Positions 30,083-38,216 of a DNA stretch of 56,219 nt are shown here, piece by piece. Position 1 is the stretch's first letter, and each line of letters opens with the position of its first letter. The DNA comes from Candidatus Eiseniibacteriota bacterium (lineage in GTDB: Bacteria; Eisenbacteria; RBG-16-71-46; DASYSL01): the NCBI GenBank assembly GCA_031431875.1, contig JANPEF010000147.1:1-56219 (forward strand), in the 5' to 3' direction. The translations under genes were made by a program, and so were the position numbers. The notes under the pieces were generated by a model, which saw nothing but the letters and a program-made list of their open reading frames with translations, was not told the DNA's origin and made no database searches.

Positions 30083-31965
30083 TGCACGAACGTGAGCTTG
30101 CCGGACAGCGTCGTCCGCTCGACTCCGCTCACCGGATCAGTGACCCGCAGGCGGTAGAGCACGAGACCCGGGCCCTCGGCGCGCGGCACCACGATGTGTC
30201 CCTCGCCGGCGGCGCGCACGCCCAGGTTGTGCTCCATCAGCTTGCGCCCGGTCACGTCGTAGGTCTCGAGCAACAGGCGGCTCGCCTGCGCGAGCTGGAT
30301 ACGTACCGTCGCGTTCGAGCGCACGGGATTCGGGGAAGCGCCGAGAATCGTGTAAGCGCCGGGAGCGCCGGGCGGAGGGTCGCCCACCGCGACGACAGCG
30401 GTCGGATCGGCGTAGGCCCAGACCGGACAGCAGGTCGCCTCGCGCTCGCGCATGTACCAGGTGCGAGTGGCATAGCTGTCGGTCCACGGGGTGAACGAAT
30501 CGCCGTCGTTGTAGATCATGCCGAGGTGGACGATGCCGTCGCCCAGACCGGCCGGATAGCCGAGCTTGGTGAGATCGACTCCCAGCTCGGCCGTATACCC
30601 GACGTCAGGCGAAAGCCCAAGCGTGTCCAGCGTGGTGCCCGGCTTGAGCAGCAGCGCGACCTGGGCGCCCGCGAGGGAGTCGCGCAGGTACGGCAGGTAA
30701 TTCCCCGCCAGGGCGGTGCCCGTCGCGGACACCTGGAACGACAGCGTGCGGCCGAGTAACTGGCGGTCGGAGCCACGCAGCACGTTCTCGTTGAGGAAGA
30801 CGGCGAGACCGTCTTCGCGACCGACTTCGACGAGGTTCTGGACGACCTGATCGTCGACGTCGAACCCGAAATACAGCCAGTCGTTCTTGACCACGTACTT
30901 CACGCGGACCTCGCCTGGATCGATGATCGCGGCGAGCCCGCCGTTGACCGTGGGCTGGTACTGCCCGGAGCGGTGCGCCGCCACCCCTCCATAGCTTGCG
31001 CGCAGCGCGTCGTCGCCGTAGCGCAGCGTGATCTGGGGGGCCTGCGCCCACACGGCGTCCCCCAGATTGCCGTCGATGACCGGCGCGGCGAGTGCTCCGG
31101 CGTTGGGCAGGATCAGTTCTGGTCCGATGACCGGCACGGTGCCCGAGGCGACGGTGACACCCGGCCGGGCATGGATGCGCACTTCGCCGTACCAGGCAGC
31201 GTTGCCCCACGGATCCTGCCACCACACACGGTTGGCGCTGAACTTCGGGGGGTCGTTCGGCCACCTCCAGTCGCAGTCGTAGATCGAGCCAGTCCACTCG
31301 ATGATGTCGCCGCCGGGTTGCGTGATGTCGTACCCCATGACCCCCAGGTCGAAGCGCATCTCCATGATGTAACCCGTGTCGAGCAAGGTGTCCGAGTTGG
31401 CGGTGCCGAGCACCCTGGTCACCGCATCCCACGCCGCGATCTGTTCCGGCGTGCGCGGCGAACCGACCGGTTCCTCGGCCCACAGCCCCTTGAACGCCGG
31501 GCCCTGCCCGATGGGCGGCGTGCCGAATTGACTCTCGTACCACCAGCCGTACAGGTACTCCGAATTCGGCTTGGGCGCACCGGTCGAGGCGTGGTTCTTG
31601 AGATTCATGAGCAGGCCGTCGAACCGGTTGAAGATCTCCGAACCGCCGATCGAATTGTCGCGCACGAAGGCACCCAGGTAGAGCTGGTTTCCCACGGTGA
31701 GGAACTTGAGCGTCGCGTGCGTCGGATCGATCGGGGTGGCGCCGGATTCGATCTTCCAGCCGCTGCCCGGCACGCCCGAGTCGATGCCGAAGCGGATGAC
31801 CGTCGACTCGGCAAGTGCCCAGGCTGGCTCGTTCAGGTTGCCGTCGAGGGTGATCGAAGCGCCGTTGGTGGAGCGGGCCCAGATTGCGTCCTTGCGTTCC
31901 GCGTGCGCGGCGCCGGCGGCGAGCAGAGCCGTCGCAGCGATGGCGAACAGGATGAGCTTCTTCAT
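30079..31965 (-). CDS. Secreted protein with two CBM9/DOMON-like sugar-binding domains and a T9SS-like CTD
   Basis: CAGGAG RBS, MKKLILF signal peptide; repeated ITLDGNLNEPAW / PVIDGNLGDAVW; tail ASPNP...YDVTGRKL. Confidence 0.75.
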   Translation of the reverse strand: MKKLILFAIAATALLAAGAAHAERKDAIWARSTNGASITLDGNLNEPAWALAESTVIRFGIDSGVPGSGWKIESGATPIDPTHATLKFLTVGNQLYLGAFVRDNSIGGSEIFNRFDGLLMNLKNHASTGAPKPNSEYLYGWWYESQFGTPPIGQGPAFKGLWAEEPVGSPRTPEQIAAWDAVTRVLGTANSDTLLDTGYIMEMRFDLGVMGYDITQPGGDIIEWTGSIYDCDWRWPNDPPKFSANRVWWQDPWGNAAWYGEVRIHARPGVTVASGTVPVIGPELILPNAGALAAPVIDGNLGDAVWAQAPQITLRYGDDALRASYGGVAAHRSGQYQPTVNGGLAAIIDPGEVRVKYVVKNDWLYFGFDVDDQVVQNLVEVGREDGLAVFLNENVLRGSDRQLLGRTLSFQVSATGTALAGNYLPYLRDSLAGAQVALLLKPGTTLDTLGLSPDVGYTAELGVDLTKLGYPAGLGDGIVHLGMIYNDGDSFTPWTDSYATRTWYMREREATCCPVWAYADPTAVVAVGDPPPGAPGAYTILGASPNPVRSNATVRIQLAQASRLLLETYDVTGRKLMEHNLGVRAAGEGHIVVPRAEGPGLVLYRLRVTDPVSGVERTTLSGKLTFVQ

Positions 31966-33011
31966 GATGAGGATCTCCTGGCCCGTGGCGTGGCCGATCG
32001 CGCTTCGCTGCCGGCGCGCTCCGATCCGCACGAGCGGCGGATCACGAGCATGGCCGGAGTGACCTGATGGCGGCGCTTCAAGGCTGCGCCGTTCTTCCCG
32101 TCGACCAGCCTCTCCACGGCGCGGGCGCCAAGATCGAGCAGGTCGACGTGGACGGTGGTGAGCGGCGGATTAAGATAGCGGGCCATGGCAATGTCATCGA
32201 AACCGACGATGGCCATGTCCTCGGGAACGCGAAGCCCCGCCTGGGCAAGCGCGCTCATCGCCCCGATCGCCATGTAGTCATTGGCGACGAAGATCGCCGT
32301 CGGCCGCGGCCGCAGCGCAAGGAGCCGCGCCACCGCCGAATAGCCGGACGGTTCGGTGAAATCGCCCGCGGCGACAAAGGCCGGATCGGGCTTGAGACCG
32401 CGCGCCGCGAGCGCCTTCCGCCAGCCCTCGAGGCGCTGCCGGGCGTCGGCGTTCTGGGTCGGCCCGGCGATCATGGCAATGAGTCTGTGCCCAAGTTCGA
32501 GCAGGTGCGTGACCGCGGCCACGGCTCCGCCGGCATTGTCAATCGAGATCGAGTCGCAGCCGATCGCGCGCACGCCCGGATCGAGCAGGACCAGCGGAAA
32601 GCCCGGACCCGCAGCCTTGACCAGCACGGCGGTGTCCACGTCGGGCGCCATGACGATGAGCCCTTCGATCCGCCCGCGCATCGCGCGCAGCGCGCCGACG
32701 AGATCGTCGCCGTTGGCATGCGAGCTCGAGACGAGCAGGTGCAGGCCGTCGCGGCGTGCCCGCAGATCGATCCCGCGGAGCACTTCGGAAAAGAATTCAC
32801 CGTACAGATCGGGGAGGAGCACGCCAAGCGCATGGGTCCGGCTGGTGATCAGGCTGCGCGCGGTCTCGTTCGGCGTGTAGTCGAGGCGAGTCGCAGCGTC
32901 CTTGACCCGCGCACGAGTCTCCGACTTCACCCGCACATTGTCGTTCAGGACGCGCGAGACGGTCGCGACCGAGACGCCCGCGGCGCGGGCGACATCACGA
33001 ATAGTGGCCAT
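31962..33011 (-). CDS. LacI-family transcriptional regulator
   Basis: ATIRDVARAAGVSVATVSRVLN helix-turn-helix; PTAIFVAND, VPEDMAIVGFDD, PPLTTV. Confidence 0.96.
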   Translation of the reverse strand: MATIRDVARAAGVSVATVSRVLNDNVRVKSETRARVKDAATRLDYTPNETARSLITSRTHALGVLLPDLYGEFFSEVLRGIDLRARRDGLHLLVSSSHANGDDLVGALRAMRGRIEGLIVMAPDVDTAVLVKAAGPGFPLVLLDPGVRAIGCDSISIDNAGGAVAAVTHLLELGHRLIAMIAGPTQNADARQRLEGWRKALAARGLKPDPAFVAAGDFTEPSGYSAVARLLALRPRPTAIFVANDYMAIGAMSALAQAGLRVPEDMAIVGFDDIAMARYLNPPLTTVHVDLLDLGARAVERLVDGKNGAALKRRHQVTPAMLVIRRSCGSERAGSEARSATPRARRSSS

Positions 33012-33060
33012 GGCTTCGGTCCGGGCGCGTCCTTCGGGGGGAGTGTGCGCTCCCAAGAAC

Positions 33061-33097
33061 GACCCGCCCCACAGGACAAGTCCGGGTGGGGCGGGTC
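33061..33097 (-). terminator. Intergenic stem-loop after the first locus gene (partial terminator or stabiliser)
   Basis: gacccgccccac...gtggggcgggtc; weak U-tract (gttctt) on the minus strand. Confidence 0.55.
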
Positions 33098-33126
33098 GGC
33101 TTCATCGGGTTCGCCTTGTGCCTTCT

Positions 33127-33924
33127 CTAGCGATAGTCGGCCTTGATCTTGCCCCAGGTCGACGCTGCGGCCGGGACCGGGCTCGCGTCGTAGCAGATGT
33201 TCGACCACTCAGTCCGCAGATTGATCGTCGGGCCCTGACCACCCCACGGAATCTGCATGTAGCCGCCGGCGTTCGCGGGATTGAGGATGCCCCACAGGCC
33301 GCGCGGCGGATCCTGGGTCGGGTTGCCCTCGTCGAAGGCGAGCGGGCCACTCGAGAACGTGCCGTTCGAGTTCGTCAGCGTGTAGACGATGGTCCCCGGG
33401 CTGGCGGCAGAGAGACCGTTCGGCTTGTAGTCGATCGCGAGCGTGACCGACGTGCCCTTGACGTAGGTCTGGAGGTGCGCGCCGGTGAACGAGTAGAACG
33501 GCAGGCGACCGCCGAAGCAGGCGATCTCGCCCGAAAACGTATTGAGCATGAACACGCCGTCGTTCTCGAGCGACCACCACGGCGAAAGACGCAGCCCCGC
33601 TTCGCCGTTACCCGAGCCCGAAACGAGAACCGTGGCGCAGAATGAGAACTGATCGCCGTTCAGAAAGTCGACCGCATTGATGTTGTCGGTCGACAAGCTC
33701 CACGCGTGCCGGTTGGCACCGCCGGAACAGCCGGCCGCGGCGTCATCGATGATGACGCTGGCGAAGTTATTGTCGATCACGGTAAGGCTGGAGCCATTAC
33801 AGTCGTTGTAGACGCGGGGGATCACGACGGCACTGTTGGCGGCCGGGGTGGCCGAGGCAACGCTGGCGAACGCGATGGTGGCGAGAGCGAGCGTAGTAGA
33901 GAAGAGGTAACGCTTCGGATTCAT
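33127..33924 (-). CDS. Secreted hypothetical protein with C-terminal TWGxxK motif (265 aa)
   Basis: AGGAGG RBS before the ATG at 33924; signal peptide ending ASA-T; C-terminus SPVPAAASTWGKIKADYR. Confidence 0.85.
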   Translation of the reverse strand: MNPKRYLFSTTLALATIAFASVASATPAANSAVVIPRVYNDCNGSSLTVIDNNFASVIIDDAAAGCSGGANRHAWSLSTDNINAVDFLNGDQFSFCATVLVSGSGNGEAGLRLSPWWSLENDGVFMLNTFSGEIACFGGRLPFYSFTGAHLQTYVKGTSVTLAIDYKPNGLSAASPGTIVYTLTNSNGTFSSGPLAFDEGNPTQDPPRGLWGILNPANAGGYMQIPWGGQGPTINLRTEWSNICYDASPVPAAASTWGKIKADYR

Positions 33925-34112
33925 CAGGGACTTCCTCCTGAAGGCGGAGGCGCGTCGACGGACTCCGGAGGAGAACGTCGGGCGTCGGGGATTGAAAGAA
34001 AAAGGCAAGGACCCGGAGAAAGGCAGGAGCACCGGCGTGCTGATTCCGAGATCGAATGAACTCGAAGGTCCGGGTCGGGGGGAACCCCGGACACGCCTGT
34101 GACTCGCACCGG

Positions 34113-34146
34113 TGAAAACGTTTACATGGAAAGCTCCGGCTGTCAA
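34113..34146 (-). promoter_or_regulatory. Locus promoter: TTGACA -35 with a LacI-type operator over the -10 region
   Basis: Near-palindrome TGAAAACGTTTACA (34113-34126) with a central CG; TTGACA on the minus strand at 34141-34146. Confidence 0.72.
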
Positions 34147-34226
34147 CCCGGAACTCGTTGCCGCTCCCCACTTGATTGGTTCTGCCCACTTCAGTATGGG
34201 GTCGACATCCTCCCCTGAAGATCTCA

Positions 34227-34251
34227 TAATCGATTGCAGGACAATCATATA
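34227..34251. promoter_or_regulatory. Inverted IHF-like site pair
   Basis: TAA-tcga-TTG-cagga-CAA-tcat-ATA. Confidence 0.4.
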
Positions 34252-34362
34252 CAAAGTAATTTTGCGATTCGAGTCGGCGCGACGCCGAGAGTTCCGGACT
34301 CGCCCGGCCGGGGTTCTCGTCGGAATCTGCACACGAATCGGCCGGCCCGGGACCCACAAGCC

Positions 34363-34539
34363 TCAGGCTGCCGGGTCTGGCCCGCCTTCCGGGCGATCGG
34401 CATCATCGTCGAGGATCGCCCGCATTGCGGGCGTCGTCACGTCGTCGAACTGACCCCGGCGTGCCGCCCAGAGAAACGCGAGGATCGCGGCCAGGACGAG
34501 CCCGAGCGCCGCCGGAACGAGGATGTAGAGAACACTCAC
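34363..34539 (-). CDS. ccoS: cbb3 oxidase maturation protein CcoS/FixS
   Basis: VLYILVP...FLWAARRGQFDD..TPAMRAILDD. Confidence 0.9.
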   Translation of the reverse strand: MSVLYILVPAALGLVLAAILAFLWAARRGQFDDVTTPAMRAILDDDADRPEGGPDPAA

Positions 34540-37010
34540 GCGGCGACCGCAGGCTCGGGAACGGCGTCGAACGTCCGCCCGCGCCAGGCGATGAGGAGCA
34601 CGGTGAGCGAGCTCGCCGGCATGAGGATCGCCGCGACCAGCGGGTCGATCCACCCCGCGAGCGTGAGCCCGGCGCCCACCAGGTTGTAGACCAGCGAGAC
34701 GGCGATGGCGCGGCGGATGACCCGCATCGTGCGCGCGCTGCCGTCGACCAGCGGGATGAGCCCGTCGAGTCCCGGGCGGGAGAGAAACACGTCCGCTGCC
34801 GCGAGCGACGCTTCCGCGCCGCCGCGCAGCGCCACGCCGACCGAGGCGCGCGCCATGGCGGCCGCGTCGTTCACGCCGTCGCCGACCATGACGACCGGTC
34901 CGCCGACCTCGAGGCGCTCGATCTCGGCGCGCTTCGCCTCGGGCGAGGCCCCTGCCCGGCGTTCGTCCGGCCCGACTCCGAGGGTGTCCCCGACCGCCGT
35001 GACGACATCGGCGGCGTCGCCGGAGAGGATGCGCGGCGTGAAGCCGCGGGCGCGCAGGGCGGCCAGCGTCGGCGCGGCGTCGGGGCGAATGCGATCGGCG
35101 AACCCCGCAGCGGCGACGGGCCGCCCGTCGATCGCGATCCACACCGGGGTTCGGCCGTCCGCGGCGGCAGCGGTCGCGCCGGGAGGGGCCGCGGCGGCGA
35201 TCCCGCCGGCGCACTGCGCGAGCACGAAGCCCGGCGCGCCGATGACGACGCGGGATCCGTCCACGACACCGCTGATGCCACCGCCGGGGACGATCGTGAC
35301 GTCCTGCACGGTCGAAGTGCCGATGAGCGACGGCGCGAGCGCGGCGACGAACGCGTCGGCGACCGGGTGCCGCGCCTCGCGCTCGAGCGCGACGACGGCC
35401 GCCGCGGCACGCGCGTCGCCGGACCAGGCGACGAGCGCGAGCTGGCCCTCGGTCAGCGTTCCCGTCTTGTCGAGCACGATCACGCCCGGGCGAGCCAGTC
35501 GCTCGAGCGCGTCGCCGCCGTGGATCAGGATCCCGCTGCGCGCCGCGCGCCCGATGGCCACCGTCACCGCGAGCGGTGTGGCCAGCGCGAGCGCGCACGG
35601 ACAGGTGACGATGAGCATCGCGATCGCGTGGTCGAGGGCGACGGTCGGGTCGATCCGCGACCACACGAGCCAGGTCAGGCCGGCGAGCGCGAGCACGACG
35701 GCGACGAACCCGCCCGCCAGCCGGTCCGCGGCGCGGACGATCGGTGCGCGCTGGGCCGCGCCCGACTCGACCGCGCGCGCGAGGCGCCCGACGCGTGTCT
35801 CCTCCCCCACCTGCTCGACGCGCACGAGGATGCGCGGGCCACGCACGATCGTGCCGGCCCACACGGTATCACCGGGACCCACGTCGCCGGGGCGCGATTC
35901 ACCGGACAGCAGCGACGCGTCGATCGCGGTGCGGCCCTCGAGCACGGTGCCGTCGGCCGGAATGGCATCCCCGTGCCGCACCTCGACGCGGAGGCCGGGC
36001 AGGAGCGCTTCACTCGGCACCTCGCGGACGACACCGTCGTCGGCGACCAGGCGGGCGATGCGCGGCGCGAGCGCGGCGAAGAGCTCGGTCGAGTCGACGG
36101 CGGCCCGCTGGGCGCGCATCTGCAGGAAGCGCCCGACGAGCAGCAGGAAGACCAGCGTCGCCACGCCGTCGAAGTAGATCGGGCCGCGACCGGTCCAGGT
36201 GTTGATCGCGCCGCGCACGAAGCCCGCGCCCAGGGCCAGCGCGATGGGAACGTCCATGTGCAGGGACCGCGCCTTGAGGGCACCGATCGCCGAGGTGAAG
36301 AACACGCGCCCGGGCCCGGCGAGGGCGGGTGCGGTGAGCAGCAGGCTGAGCCAGCGGAAGTAGCGCTCGAACTCGGGCTCGATGCGGCCGAACCAGCCGG
36401 CGTACAGCGCAGCGGCAAGCATCATCACGTTGCCGGCCAGTGCGCCGGCGAGGCCGATGCGCGCCAGCATCGCGCGGTCCTCGGCGCGACGGCGCGCCTC
36501 GCGCGCGGCGGCGCGGTACGGATGCGGGCGATAGCCGAGCGTGGCGAGGGCGCGCGCGATCGAGGACAGCGGCCGGGCCGGGTCGAACACGACACGAACA
36601 CGCGCCCGCGGCAGGTCGAGCTCGGCGCTCACCGCGCCGGGCACCACCCGCGGCAGCCGTTCGACGAGCCACACGCACGACGCGCAGTGCACGCCCTCGA
36701 GGTGGAACTCGACCTCGCGCAGGCCGTCGGCGAGGGGCCGCACGTGGCGCTCATGAAATGCGGGATGATCGAACTCGGCCCAGGCGGACATCGTCGCGTC
36801 GCTCGCCAGCGGCCGGACGCGATCGCCGAGCGCATAGAAGCGCTCGAGCCCGCTGGCATGGATCAGCGTCCACGCGGCGTGGCATCCGCCGCAGCAGAAA
36901 GCCGGGTCCTCGCCGTCACGCGGGGACGTCGCGGCGCTCTCGACGACGAGCCCGCAGTGGGCGCAGGTCGTACTTCGCGTGGCGTCGAGCGCCTCAGCGA
37001 CAGCAGTCAT
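34536..37010 (-). CDS. ccoI: Copper-translocating P1B ATPase CcoI/FixI
   Basis: CAHC/CCGGC, HCASC metal-binding domain, TCPCAL, DKTGTLT, MVGDGVND. Confidence 0.93.
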   Translation of the reverse strand: MTAVAEALDATRSTTCAHCGLVVESAATSPRDGEDPAFCCGGCHAAWTLIHASGLERFYALGDRVRPLASDATMSAWAEFDHPAFHERHVRPLADGLREVEFHLEGVHCASCVWLVERLPRVVPGAVSAELDLPRARVRVVFDPARPLSSIARALATLGYRPHPYRAAAREARRRAEDRAMLARIGLAGALAGNVMMLAAALYAGWFGRIEPEFERYFRWLSLLLTAPALAGPGRVFFTSAIGALKARSLHMDVPIALALGAGFVRGAINTWTGRGPIYFDGVATLVFLLLVGRFLQMRAQRAAVDSTELFAALAPRIARLVADDGVVREVPSEALLPGLRVEVRHGDAIPADGTVLEGRTAIDASLLSGESRPGDVGPGDTVWAGTIVRGPRILVRVEQVGEETRVGRLARAVESGAAQRAPIVRAADRLAGGFVAVVLALAGLTWLVWSRIDPTVALDHAIAMLIVTCPCALALATPLAVTVAIGRAARSGILIHGGDALERLARPGVIVLDKTGTLTEGQLALVAWSGDARAAAAVVALEREARHPVADAFVAALAPSLIGTSTVQDVTIVPGGGISGVVDGSRVVIGAPGFVLAQCAGGIAAAAPPGATAAAADGRTPVWIAIDGRPVAAAGFADRIRPDAAPTLAALRARGFTPRILSGDAADVVTAVGDTLGVGPDERRAGASPEAKRAEIERLEVGGPVVMVGDGVNDAAAMARASVGVALRGGAEASLAAADVFLSRPGLDGLIPLVDGSARTMRVIRRAIAVSLVYNLVGAGLTLAGWIDPLVAAILMPASSLTVLLIAWRGRTFDAVPEPAVAA

Positions 37011-37728
37011 GGGCAGCGGGATCGGGTGCGGTGGCACTCGCATCCAGGGTGCGGGCGGAGACCGCCGGCGCGTCGAGCCGCCCGGCCAGCGTCAGTGCGC
37101 CGAGCACGAGCACGGCGAGCGCGGTCAGCGCCGGCAGGCGCCGGGACAACGGACCGAACGCGCCGCGTGCCACGAGGCCGACCGCGGCAAGGGCCGGCAG
37201 GGTGCCCGCCCAGAAGACCGCCATGACCAGTGCGCCCGGCAGCGGCGCGCCGGTGCCGGCCGCGGTGGCGACGAACGCGTAGAGCCAGCCGCAGGGCAGC
37301 AGCGTCGTGGCCAGCCCGAGCACGAACGCGCGTTCGATCGGTGGGCGCTTCGCGACCCCGCGCAACGCCGCAGCGACCGGTCCGCCGGCACCCGCCGCGC
37401 CGCGGCCCAGGCCGGCCGACCACTTCACGCCGAACGCCTCGAGCAGGCGTGCGCCGCCCCACAGCACCATGAGCGCGCCGGCCACGATCGTCGCGCCACG
37501 GGCCACGCCGACAAGCGCGCCCGCGTGCGTGACGCCGGCGCCGATCGCCCCCGCGAGCAGGCCGAGCGCGACGTAGCTGAGTAGCCGTCCGCCGTGATAC
37601 GCGACGTGGGCGCGCGTGCGGGCGCGGCCGTCCGCCGAGTAGAAGCAGACGAACCCGCCGCACATCCCGGCGCAGTGCGCGCTGCCCAGCAGGCTGGCCG
37701 CAAGCACGCTGCCGACGAGCGCGATCAC
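36994..37728 (-). CDS. DsbD_2/TauE-like membrane protein of the cbb3 assembly cluster
   Basis: GSAHCAGMCGG, YHGGRLLSY, LLPCGWLY, FWAGTLP. Confidence 0.85.
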   Translation of the reverse strand: MIALVGSVLAASLLGSAHCAGMCGGFVCFYSADGRARTRAHVAYHGGRLLSYVALGLLAGAIGAGVTHAGALVGVARGATIVAGALMVLWGGARLLEAFGVKWSAGLGRGAAGAGGPVAAALRGVAKRPPIERAFVLGLATTLLPCGWLYAFVATAAGTGAPLPGALVMAVFWAGTLPALAAVGLVARGAFGPLSRRLPALTALAVLVLGALTLAGRLDAPAVSARTLDASATAPDPAAHDCCR

Positions 37729-38216
37729 GACGCGCCCCGCACCGCGTCCGCGCGCAGGCTGGTCGTGAAGTGGGCGTCGCCCAGCGCCGCGTTGACGCGC
37801 AGCTCCCACAGGCCGGAGCGCGGCAACGGGAGCGTCGCCGCGTAGACCCCGTCGCCACGGCCGACGAGTTCCGCCGATGGGCGGCGCACCTCGCGGTTGT
37901 GGATCGCCTCGACGGTGACGTGCGCGCCGTCGACCGGCCGCCCGTCGCGGTTGACGATGATCACGCGCACCGCGGCGTGCGCCGCCTCGCCGGCGCCCTC
38001 GATTGCGCCGATGGCCACCACCGCGGTCCAGCCCAGCGCATCCGACGCGTCACGCCGGGCGGCGGTCGAGTCCCAGGCCACGGCCTTCGGATACGCGTCG
38101 GGCTCGACGATCGCCGCGTCGGGATCGTGCGCCAGGCGCAGCACCGCGACGTTGGCGATCACCGTCAACGCGAGCACGGCGATCATCGCCGCCGGCCACA
38201 GGTTGCCGGGCTTCAC
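37725..38216 (-). CDS. ccoH: FixH/CcoH-like protein
   Basis: N-terminal TM helix (LWPAAMIAVL), VEPDAY..AVAWD, GVYAATLPLPRSGLWE; position in the cco operon. Confidence 0.75.
   Translation of the reverse strand: MKPGNLWPAAMIAVLALTVIANVAVLRLAHDPDAAIVEPDAYPKAVAWDSTAARRDASDALGWTAVVAIGAIEGAGEAAHAAVRVIIVNRDGRPVDGAHVTVEAIHNREVRRPSAELVGRGDGVYAATLPLPRSGLWELRVNAALGDAHFTTSLRADAVRGAS

Noticed and set aside
33925..34359. 145-aa N-terminal extension given by the ORF track, and similar extensions on etfA/B, lacI, the ABC genes, cco genes and the kinase
   Set aside because: RBS position, signal peptides and stop/start overlaps support the downstream starts; this extension runs through the promoter and operator.
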